From: an uncultured Clostridia bacterium
GTDB taxonomy: Bacteria; Bacillota_I; Bacilli_A; RF39; UBA660
Length of the DNA: 64,000 bases
Reading direction: 5' to 3'
Assembly (NCBI GenBank): GCA_946533175.1
Contig: CAMNBS010000001.1
Location: forward strand, 35,316-99,315
Shown: positions 19,701 to 27,995 of the stretch, in pieces
How positions within the stretch are numbered: position 1 is the stretch's first letter
Layout of the letters: every line of letters starts with the position of its first letter
Notes under the pieces: generated by a model
What the model was told of the DNA's origin: nothing
Databases searched by the model: none
Seen by the model: only the letters and a program-made list of their open reading frames with translations
Program-made: the position numbers and the translations under genes

Positions 19701-19744
19701 TACATTATACACTATTTTTAGCACTTGTCAAGTAGGAGTGCTAA
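19701..19744 (-). promoter_or_regulatory. clpB promoter overlapped by a CIRCE-like inverted repeat (HrcA operator)
   Basis: Plus strand 19718-19744 reads TTAGCACTT-N9-GAGTGCTAA versus CIRCE consensus TTAGCACTC-N9-GAGTGCTAA (1 mismatch). On the mRNA strand the -35 TTGACA lies inside the N9 spacer; 16-nt spacer, then -10 TATAAT. Confidence 0.6.
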
Positions 19745-19789
19745 TTATATTATATTAAAAAAATACCTATTTTATAACAGGTATTCTAT

Positions 19790-20695
19790 TTATACTTTCA
19801 AATATTTTTTTACAGCTGATGATGAACCTATCATACCAACAACCGCTCCAATTAAAAGAATAAATAATGATATTTTAAAAACTATTTCGCGAGGAGGAAC
19901 TAGTGTAACTATTTCAGTTAATAGTTTACCACCTAAAACATCATAAATATAATAATATCCATAAACAACTGATGCAATAGGAATAATTGATCCTATTATA
20001 CCAATTAACATTCCTTCAAAAACAAAAGGCATTTTAATTGAAAAATTACTTGCCCCAACAAGACGCATAATTGATATTTCTCTTTTTCGAGAAAAGATAG
20101 TTAACTTAATAGTATTAATAATTAAAAATACTGTGACAATAATCAATAACACTGCTACAATGAATGAAAATCTTTGAATTCCATCTCCAGCTGCTAATAA
20201 TTGTTCAATAACACCTTCACCATACTTAACGAGTGTTACCTTAGATAAATTTTGAATAGATTTAGCAGTTTCCTTTAATTTATGAGAATCTTTAACTTTA
20301 ACAATATAAATATTCTGTAGGGGATTCTCTTCTTCATCCCACTCACTCATAATATTATTAAATGTTTCACTGCCATCCATCATTTCTTTTTTTATTTCTG
20401 CCTTACTTTTAAAAGTTACATAATCTGGATCAACATTATCAATTCCTTTTATCTGTGTTTCTAACGACGTAATATCAAAATTATCAGCATCATTACTAAT
20501 AAAAATATACATAGATAAATCACTTTCTATTTTATCAGTTGTCTCATTAACATTATAAAAGATAATTAATGATACACCAACAATTAATAAAGTAATTAGA
20601 ACACACGTAATAGATGCAATTGATAAGGAAAAATTTCGCCCAACGCTTTTGAAAGCATCACGAATACTTCTTCCTATAACTCTAAAGAACTTCAT
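19790..20695 (-). CDS. ftsX: Cell-division ABC transporter permease FtsX
   Basis: MKFFRVIGRSIRDAFKSVGRNFSLSIASI... N-terminus, 4 TM helices, large extracytoplasmic loop. Overlaps the ftsE stop. Start set to an internal Met at about 20695. Confidence 0.8.
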   Translation of the reverse strand: MKFFRVIGRSIRDAFKSVGRNFSLSIASITCVLITLLIVGVSLIIFYNVNETTDKIESDLSMYIFISNDADNFDITSLETQIKGIDNVDPDYVTFKSKAEIKKEMMDGSETFNNIMSEWDEEENPLQNIYIVKVKDSHKLKETAKSIQNLSKVTLVKYGEGVIEQLLAAGDGIQRFSFIVAVLLIIVTVFLIINTIKLTIFSRKREISIMRLVGASNFSIKMPFVFEGMLIGIIGSIIPIASVVYGYYYIYDVLGGKLLTEIVTLVPPREIVFKISLFILLIGAVVGMIGSSSAVKKYLKV

Positions 20696-21380
20696 CAACA
20701 TATTCCCCTTTCTTATAATCTTTAAATAAATGTCCATCTTTAAGGGCAATAACATGTTTTTTCATTTTATTAACTATATCTTTATCATGAGTAACCATTA
20801 ATACTGTCGTACCCTCTTTTTTATTAATATCTGCCAATAATTCGACAATTTCCATACTCATAACCGGATCAAGATTACCTGTAGGTTCATCACATATTAA
20901 TAATTTTGGCTCATTTACAATTGCTCTTGCTATAGCTACACGTTGTTGTTCTCCTCCAGATAAATTATCTGGATATTCTCTTACTTTACCTTTTAAACCA
21001 ACCAATTCTAAAGACTTTAACACTTTTGGTCGAATATTACTACGTTTTTCACCAATTGCTTCTAAAGCAAAGGCAACATTTTCATAAACTGTAAGTTTAG
21101 GTAATAAACGATAATCTTGAAAAACTATTCCTAACCTTCGACGTAATTTAAAAACATTTCTATTTCGTAGTTTACCAACATTAATACCACCAAGAATAAT
21201 AGATCCCTTTGTAGCTTTTTCTTCTCTATATAAAAGTTTAAATAATGTACTTTTTCCACAACCAGAACCACCAATAATAAATACAAAATCACCTTTTTCA
21301 ATACTTAAATTTAAATCATATAAAGCTGTAACACCATTTTTATATTGTTTTGTTACATTTTTAAATTCAATAAGACTCAT
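20682..21380 (-). CDS. ftsE: Cell-division ABC transporter ATP-binding protein FtsE
   Basis: Walker A GGSGCGKST, ABC signature LSGGEQQRVAIARA, Walker B LLICDEPTGNLD. Confidence 0.9.
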   Translation of the reverse strand: MSLIEFKNVTKQYKNGVTALYDLNLSIEKGDFVFIIGGSGCGKSTLFKLLYREEKATKGSIILGGINVGKLRNRNVFKLRRRLGIVFQDYRLLPKLTVYENVAFALEAIGEKRSNIRPKVLKSLELVGLKGKVREYPDNLSGGEQQRVAIARAIVNEPKLLICDEPTGNLDPVMSMEIVELLADINKKEGTTVLMVTHDKDIVNKMKKHVIALKDGHLFKDYKKGEYVDEVL

Positions 21381-21472
21381 AACATCACCATGCTTTCATT
21401 CTCACTTATATAACAAATTATATCATATATAAAGAGAAAAGAATATATTTTATAATAATATTTCAAAAATAA

Positions 21473-21898
21473 TTATCTTTTTACTTTTTCTCGAAAAACA
21501 AATTGTTTCTGGACAATAAAACTAATTATAAATAATAAAATCTCCGTTATTAACTTAGCAATAAATTTATTGATAGAAAAATAATAGACAAACATATTTA
21601 ATAACATTGTATTTAAACAAAGAATACAAAAAGCTAATAGAAAATAAGAAATAATAGATTTATATAAACTTTTTTTACTTTTAAAAACCATTTTTCTATT
21701 TAATGTATAATTAACACTAGATGATATTATTCTAGCTAATATGTTACATAGGCTAATATTATTAATTTTTATAGAAAACAATGTAAATAAACTATAATCA
21801 ATTAAAAAACTAATAATAGATGAAAATGAAAATTTTATTACATCAGTCAATTTATGTATCTTGTTATCTTTTTTTCTATCGAACATATGTTTATTCAT
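21473..21898 (-). CDS. Small 4-TM membrane protein, GtrA-family-like
   Basis: 141 aa, four predicted TM helices, charged N-terminus; topology typical of GtrA (PF04138). Family call is tentative. Confidence 0.4.
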   Translation of the reverse strand: MNKHMFDRKKDNKIHKLTDVIKFSFSSIISFLIDYSLFTLFSIKINNISLCNILARIISSSVNYTLNRKMVFKSKKSLYKSIISYFLLAFCILCLNTMLLNMFVYYFSINKFIAKLITEILLFIISFIVQKQFVFREKVKR

Positions 21899-22015
21899 CT
21901 CACTTTCTTACAATTTGACACTACTCTATCTTTATTTTAACTCTAAAAGAATCTATTCAGCAAGTAATATTATAAAAAAAACAAATAAATTTTTTTTAAT
22001 TTATTTGTTTTTATT

Positions 22016-22153
22016 TCATCTTTTTTTACTTTGATACTTATCAGTTACAAAATAACCAATAATAGCAAAAATAAGAAATAATATTACTAAGCAATATACA
22101 AAATATGTAAATCCAGATATTGTATCTCGAAAAAATCTTACAATATATTCCAT
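22016..22153 (-). CDS. Possible 45-aa single-TM micro-protein (unannotated small ORF)
   Basis: My minus-strand translation gives MEYIVRFFRDTISGFTYFVYCLVILFLIFAIIGYFVTDKYQSKKR*; weak RBS (AGGG). Sits just downstream of gap. Confidence 0.25.
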   Translation of the reverse strand: MEYIVRFFRDTISGFTYFVYCLVILFLIFAIIGYFVTDKYQSKKR

Positions 22154-22159
22154 AGAACC

Positions 22160-23161
22160 CTACTTATTCATTAAATATTTAGCAGTTCTAACCATTTGAG
22201 CACTATATCCCATTTCATTATCATACCATGCTACTATTTTAACAAGTTGGCGATTATTAACTTCTAAAACATTCGTTGACAATCCATCAACTACAGCACC
22301 ATACATTAATCCAATAACATCACTTGATACAATAGGATCTTCCGTATACATAATCGTTTCATTTTGATTATTTTTAAATAATTCGTTAATTTCTTCTTTA
22401 GTAGTGTTTTTCTTTAATTCCAAAGTTAAATCAATAACAGATCCAGTTGGTACCGGAACACGCATAGCAGTTCCATCTAGTTTACCTTTAAGATCCTTAA
22501 TAACTTCACCAATGGCACTAGCAGCCCCAGTAGAAGCAGGTACAATATTAGCTGCTGCAGCTCTACCACGACGAGAATACATTCCTTTTTTATGTGCAAC
22601 ATCTAAAGTTGCTTGATCATTTGTATAAGCATGAACCGTTGTCATATATCCTTTTTCAATTCCTAAATTATCATTAATAACTTTAAGAACCGGTGCTAGG
22701 CAATTAGTTGTGCAACTAGCTGCTGATATTACCTCTTCACTTCCATCTAACGTTTCTTCATTAACATTATATACGATAGTTTTCAAATCACCTTTAGCAG
22801 GAGCCGAAATAATAACTTTTTTAGCACCTGCTGTAATGTGAGCATATGCACCCTCTTTACTAGTAAAGAAACCTGTACACTCAAATACAACATCAATCCC
22901 CATTTCTTTCCATGGCAAATTACTAGGATCTTTTTCACTTAAAACTCTTATTTTTTTTCCTCGAACTATAATATTTTCGTCATCACTTTGAATACTATTA
23001 ACATCATAATTACGGTGATTTGTATCATATTTTAATAAATAAGCTAATTGGTGAGCATCCGTTAAATCATTAATTGCAACAACCTCCATTTTAGGATCAT
23101 CATTCATTAAACGAAATACTAATCTCCCAATTCTTCCAAAACCATTAATTGCAACTTTCAT
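22160..23161 (-). CDS. gap: Glyceraldehyde-3-phosphate dehydrogenase
   Basis: NAD-binding INGFGRIGR; active site [10 protein letters not shown]. Confidence 0.9.
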   Translation of the reverse strand: MKVAINGFGRIGRLVFRLMNDDPKMEVVAINDLTDAHQLAYLLKYDTNHRNYDVNSIQSDDENIIVRGKKIRVLSEKDPSNLPWKEMGIDVVFECTGFFTSKEGAYAHITAGAKKVIISAPAKGDLKTIVYNVNEETLDGSEEVISAASCTTNCLAPVLKVINDNLGIEKGYMTTVHAYTNDQATLDVAHKKGMYSRRGRAAAANIVPASTGAASAIGEVIKDLKGKLDGTAMRVPVPTGSVIDLTLELKKNTTKEEINELFKNNQNETIMYTEDPIVSSDVIGLMYGAVVDGLSTNVLEVNNRQLVKIVAWYDNEMGYSAQMVRTAKYLMNK

Positions 23162-23184
23162 TTTATCATCTTCCTTTCATTTAT

Positions 23185-24831
23185 CTAAAAGCAGCTTCCA
23201 CCAATAAATTCACGTACAATTGAATCAGCTGGTATCGCTTCGCTTGGAATTGGTAAAAATACATCTAATACCTTCATTAATCTTACTGCCTCTGAATAAT
23301 TAGGATCATCCGTCTTTACAGAATATAAAAGAGGCATAACATAAGTTTTTAATAAGCAGAATTCATATATTAAAGCAGTATCAAAAACAAAATCAGCTTC
23401 ATCCTGATATGGGAAAATATATTTTTCTTCCCCTTCTCTAACATCTTTCCAAAGTCTTAATGTATCAGAAACAGTATATCCTCTAGTACGATTATCACGA
23501 ATCATACGTCGTAATAGGCGATTATCTGTTAAATAAATGCGATTATCACGATCGATATTAACAGAAGTTAATGGTGATAAATATATTTTATATTTAACAT
23601 CACGATTAATATCTACTAATAACTTTGGATTTAAAGCATGAATTCCTTCGATTAATAAAATATCTGTAGGTAATAGAGTCATTTCCTTTTTAAACTTTTT
23701 CTCCCCGCTATAGAAATCAAATGTTGGCATTTTAACCGTTTTACCTTCTAATAAATCTTTAATTGTTTTATTAAATAATTTTAAATCTATTGCTTCTAAG
23801 CATTCAAAATCATATTCACCATTTTCTTTTTTTGGTGTATCAGCTCGATCTTTAAAAAAGTCATCCATGGAAATCATTTTAGGTGTTAAACCAAAACTAT
23901 GTAAATAAACTGCAAGTTTAGTACAAGCAGTTGTCTTTCCACTACTAGATGGTCCAGCTATTAAAACTACCTTTACTTTATTATTCGTTTTTCGAATAAG
24001 TTTCACTTGATCAAGAATGCGATTATTCATTAACGTCTCACTAATTCTTATTAAATGATCCATATATCCCAAAGAAACAACTTTATTTAAATCACTCGAA
24101 TTTTCAACATGAATAAGTTTTCCCCATTCTTTAGCTTCTTTGAACACATCAAATAGTTTTTCATGATGAACATAATCTTTTATCTTTCCGGTATTTATAC
24201 TTGGAAACTGTAATATAAATTCTTTTTCATTTAAATATGTTAATTTAAACTCACTTAAACATGACGTTTCACAAGGCATTTTGCTAAAAATATAATTATA
24301 CATATTTCCTATTTTGTATAAATGAACGTAGGTACTAGTCATATATTCTAACAAACGAACTTTAGATGTATCATTAGTTTTCTTAAAATAATCAATAGCC
24401 TCATTTTTTAAAACCGTCATTTTATTAATTGGTAAATTTGCCTCAACTACTGCCTTTATTTTCTTTTCAACATTATTTAAATCTTCTTTCGTAATGTCTT
24501 CATCAACTTCAATACATATAGCTTTATCAACTGAATGTTTTACAGTTATACGATTTTTTCCATGATATAATTCATCAAACGCATAATTAAGTAATAAAAT
24601 AAGACCATTAACATATATTCTATTAGCTAAAGGACTAGTAACATCTAAAAATACAATATTATCATTATCATTAGGTGTATAACTTAATTCATGTACAATA
24701 TCATTAACTGAAGCTACTATTGGTCTACGACCTTTACTTTTAAACATTTTAGATATTTCTAGTAAACTAGTTCCACGCGATACCTCAATTTCCATTCCAT
24801 CAACACTAACTTTAATATTTTCTACTATCAT
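23185..24831 (-). CDS. Fusion protein: N-terminal TGS-like domain plus C-terminal uridine-kinase/PRK-family P-loop nucleoside kinase
   Basis: C-terminal LIAGPSSSGKTTACTKLA (Walker A), ISMDDFF and udk/PRK-like downstream motifs. N-terminus MIVENIKVSVDGMEIEVSRGTSLLEI resembles a TGS beta-grasp. Confidence 0.5.
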   Translation of the reverse strand: MIVENIKVSVDGMEIEVSRGTSLLEISKMFKSKGRRPIVASVNDIVHELSYTPNDNDNIVFLDVTSPLANRIYVNGLILLLNYAFDELYHGKNRITVKHSVDKAICIEVDEDITKEDLNNVEKKIKAVVEANLPINKMTVLKNEAIDYFKKTNDTSKVRLLEYMTSTYVHLYKIGNMYNYIFSKMPCETSCLSEFKLTYLNEKEFILQFPSINTGKIKDYVHHEKLFDVFKEAKEWGKLIHVENSSDLNKVVSLGYMDHLIRISETLMNNRILDQVKLIRKTNNKVKVVLIAGPSSSGKTTACTKLAVYLHSFGLTPKMISMDDFFKDRADTPKKENGEYDFECLEAIDLKLFNKTIKDLLEGKTVKMPTFDFYSGEKKFKKEMTLLPTDILLIEGIHALNPKLLVDINRDVKYKIYLSPLTSVNIDRDNRIYLTDNRLLRRMIRDNRTRGYTVSDTLRLWKDVREGEEKYIFPYQDEADFVFDTALIYEFCLLKTYVMPLLYSVKTDDPNYSEAVRLMKVLDVFLPIPSEAIPADSIVREFIGGSCF

Positions 24832-24945
24832 AACCTATTCCTATTCTTATATGTAGTATATCATTTATTCAAAAAAAAGTAAATCCATCTACATATTTTA
24901 TCGTATAAAAAAATAATTAATACATAATCTATTATGGGTGATAAA

Positions 24946-25530
24946 ATGAATTTAATTCCAATAATTATTGATAAAGAACAAAATGGAGAAAGAAGTTATG
25001 ATATATTTTCCCGTTTATTAAAAGATCGTATTATTCTATTAAGTGGTGAAATTAATGATTACAATGCTAATATTATAATTAGTGAACTATTATACCTTGA
25101 TTCTATTAATCATAATGATATTTCATTATATATTAACAGTCCCGGTGGATCTATTACTAGCGGATTTGCAATTATGGATACCATGAATTTTATTAAAAGT
25201 GATGTATCAACAATATGTATTGGAATGGCTGCAAGTATGGGAGCTTTCTTATTATCATGTGGAACAAAAGGAAAAAGATATATTCTTCCCAATGCTGAAG
25301 TTATGATTCATCAGCCTCTTGGTGGAGCAACAGGTCAAGCAACAGAAATTAAAATTGCTGCCGAACGTATTTTAAAAATGAAAGAAAAGCTCAATATTAT
25401 ATTATCCCAAAATACTAAACAAAAAATATCTAAAATAGAACAAGACACAGAAAGAGACCATTATCTAGATGCTAATGAAGCTCTTCTTTATGGTATTGTT
25501 GATAAAATATTAGAAAAAAAGAACAATTAA
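24946..25530 (+). CDS. clpP: ATP-dependent Clp protease proteolytic subunit
   Basis: Catalytic Ser in [11 protein letters not shown], His in [17 protein letters not shown] before the ATG at 24946. Terminator hairpin AAGAACA/TGTTCTT overlaps the stop at about 25512-25540. Confidence 0.9.
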   Translation: MNLIPIIIDKEQNGERSYDIFSRLLKDRIILLSGEINDYNANIIISELLYLDSINHNDISLYINSPGGSITSGFAIMDTMNFIKSDVSTICIGMAASMGAFLLSCGTKGKRYILPNAEVMIHQPLGGATGQATEIKIAAERILKMKEKLNIILSQNTKQKISKIEQDTERDHYLDANEALLYGIVDKILEKKNN

Positions 25531-25540
25531 TGTTCTTTTT

Positions 25541-26473
25541 TTATTTATTTTCTTTTAATTTACTAGCTATTTCTTTTATTTTCCTAAAGCGATGATTTAA
25601 ACCCGATTTAGTAATAGATTTTCCTATCTCTAGACTCATTATACTACTTAATTCTTGCAAAGATGATTCTGGATATTTTAACCGATAAGTACATGCATCC
25701 TTTAATTTATCATCTAAAAAATCTATACCTAATTTTTCCATAATATAATTAATATCTTTAATTTGACTATTACATGTATTTATCGTTTTTTCAATATTAG
25801 CTTGTTCCATATTATTTAATCGATTAGTCATATTTTTATGATCACGATATATTCTTATATCTTCGTAATACATAACTGCCTGAGAAGCATTAATAATTCT
25901 CAAAAAATCACCAATTTTTTCAGCTTCTTTAACATATACCATGTACTTTTTATCTTTTAATATAACTTTACTATTTAAATAATATCCATTTAATAAATTA
26001 TTAATAAATAATGCTTCTTCTTCATTATTAATAAAAAATTCTAAATGATATCGACTTGTCTTCGGATCATTAACGCTTCCACAAGATAGGAAAATTCCCT
26101 TTAAATAGGCCCTTTTCTCATTTTCACTATCCATCAAATAGCTATTAACTACTTTTAAATAATGCATATTATCATCAACAATAGATAAATCCTTCAAAAT
26201 AAAGGAAATATCACCAGTCACCTTAACAACATATAACCTATTTCTATTAAAAGAATTTTCTTTATCATCTATAGTAACTGGCACATTATATATATTTAAA
26301 AAAAGAAGATATATTCGTTTAGCAACTTTAGAATTTTCCGTTATTATTGTAATATTATTATTATCATATTTTCCACTATTTCGAATAATGGCCGACAACA
26401 TAGCCAAATTCTCACTCCGATCGCCATCATAACTAGCAACTTCATTTTTTACATTACTCGTAAAGGAAATCAT
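25541..26473 (-). CDS. whiA: Sporulation/cell-division regulator WhiA (LAGLIDADG-like domains plus C-terminal HTH)
   Basis: N-terminus MISFTSNVKNEVAS typical of WhiA; C-terminal HTH LQELSSIMSLEIGKSITKSGLNHRFRKI. Confidence 0.75.
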   Translation of the reverse strand: MISFTSNVKNEVASYDGDRSENLAMLSAIIRNSGKYDNNNITIITENSKVAKRIYLLFLNIYNVPVTIDDKENSFNRNRLYVVKVTGDISFILKDLSIVDDNMHYLKVVNSYLMDSENEKRAYLKGIFLSCGSVNDPKTSRYHLEFFINNEEEALFINNLLNGYYLNSKVILKDKKYMVYVKEAEKIGDFLRIINASQAVMYYEDIRIYRDHKNMTNRLNNMEQANIEKTINTCNSQIKDINYIMEKLGIDFLDDKLKDACTYRLKYPESSLQELSSIMSLEIGKSITKSGLNHRFRKIKEIASKLKENK

Positions 26474-27258
26474 TTTTCTACCTCACTATTATATTTTTCT
26501 CTTTTTCTATTTACTATTATTAAAATCAAACCACTAACAAATAATATAATCGAAATAACTTGAGCCATTTTTAAATTTCCTAACATTAAACTATCCGTTC
26601 GAAGTGATTCAACCCAAAAACGAATAATACTATACCACATTAGATATATACCAGTAATAGTACCTATTTTAATTTTTTTATTTCGACGTAAAATTATTAA
26701 AATAATAAAACCAATTAAATTAAAAAAAGCTTCATAAAAAAAGGTCGGATGATAATAATTTCCATTTATATACATTCCCTCAATTATAAAATTTGGAAGA
26801 TGAAGTTTTTCAAGAAATTCTCGGGATACAACACCACCATGAGCTTCACTATTAAAAAAATTACCCCAACGACCAATAACTTGACCAATCATTAAACCAG
26901 GTGCACATATATCTAGCATTAAAAGTATAGATAAACCATTTTTTCGACAATAAAAGAAAATAGCTAAAGCTGCCCCAATTATTCCTCCATGAATAGCAAG
27001 GCCACCATTCCATACCTTAATTATTTCAATTGGATATGTTAAATAATAATCCAAATTAAATAAAACATAATATATTCTAGCTCCTAAAAAACCAAAGATA
27101 ATTGCCCAAAAAGCCATGTTTTCAAATTTAGTTAAATTAATTTTGTGTTTTTTAATTTCTATATAAGCAACAACAATACCTAAAAAGACTCCTAAAAACA
27201 TCGTAATAGAATACCAATATATTTTAATAAATCCTAAGTCTAATGCCACTCTATTCAT
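26470..27258 (-). CDS. lgt: Prolipoprotein diacylglyceryl transferase
   Basis: Lgt signature GRWGNFFNSEAHGG and GLAIHGGIIGAALAI; overlaps the whiA start by 4 nt. Confidence 0.85.
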   Translation of the reverse strand: MNRVALDLGFIKIYWYSITMFLGVFLGIVVAYIEIKKHKINLTKFENMAFWAIIFGFLGARIYYVLFNLDYYLTYPIEIIKVWNGGLAIHGGIIGAALAIFFYCRKNGLSILLMLDICAPGLMIGQVIGRWGNFFNSEAHGGVVSREFLEKLHLPNFIIEGMYINGNYYHPTFFYEAFFNLIGFIILIILRRNKKIKIGTITGIYLMWYSIIRFWVESLRTDSLMLGNLKMAQVISIILFVSGLILIIVNRKREKYNSEVEK

Positions 27259-27348
27259 AATATCTCCTCACCTATAGTATATAATATAAGAGTAAAGAAA
27301 ACAATTAAAAAAAGCAAATTAAATATATTTCAATTTGCTTTGTTTTTA

Positions 27349-27993
27349 TTATAAACTTAATTCCAATACTTTCTCATGGTTATCTATTAAATCTTTGGAA
27401 AAAGTCCGAATTAACTCATTAAGTCTATTTTGAATATCAATAAGAGTATTATTCTTATAATCAACCAATAATATTCCCATTAGAATAGAAGAAATAAGCA
27501 TAACCGTACTATAAACAATCGAACTATTAAAATTATGCTCACTGTTTAATAAAACATAAGAAATCAAGTCAACTATTCCTAAGGCATAAATTCTTTCTAA
27601 GCTATCTAACTTCATTTTTTTTAAATCATCATAATAGCGTATTTTTTCAAAAATTTTCTTAAATTGTTGTTCACTTTGACCAATTAATTGATAAACATGA
27701 GAATCTTTTGATAGCTCATTTAGAATCAAATTATGTTGTTCAGCATACAAAATTAAATATTGAACTATTAATGAATGGTCATCAGTAATAACACTTGTTT
27801 CATCATCATAGATAATTATTGCTTCCGAATAACTATTTTTATCCTTATTTAAGGTATAACCTATCATATAAATTTCACTGACTTTTTCAAAATTCATTTT
27901 TTTTAAAGAGACTTTTCTTTTACCTACTTCATATTTCATATTAAACCTCAAATTACAAGGATATATTTTAACAAGAAAAGAATTTCTTGTCAA
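27349..27993 (-). CDS. Hypothetical protein (about 190-214 aa), start uncertain
   Basis: ORF immediately downstream of uvrA (2-nt gap). C-terminal hydrophobic segment; no recognisable motif. Confidence 0.4.
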   Translation of the reverse strand: MTRNSFLVKIYPCNLRFNMKYEVGKRKVSLKKMNFEKVSEIYMIGYTLNKDKNSYSEAIIIYDDETSVITDDHSLIVQYLILYAEQHNLILNELSKDSHVYQLIGQSEQQFKKIFEKIRYYDDLKKMKLDSLERIYALGIVDLISYVLLNSEHNFNSSIVYSTVMLISSILMGILLVDYKNNTLIDIQNRLNELIRTFSKDLIDNHEKVLELSL

Positions 27994-27995
27994 TT

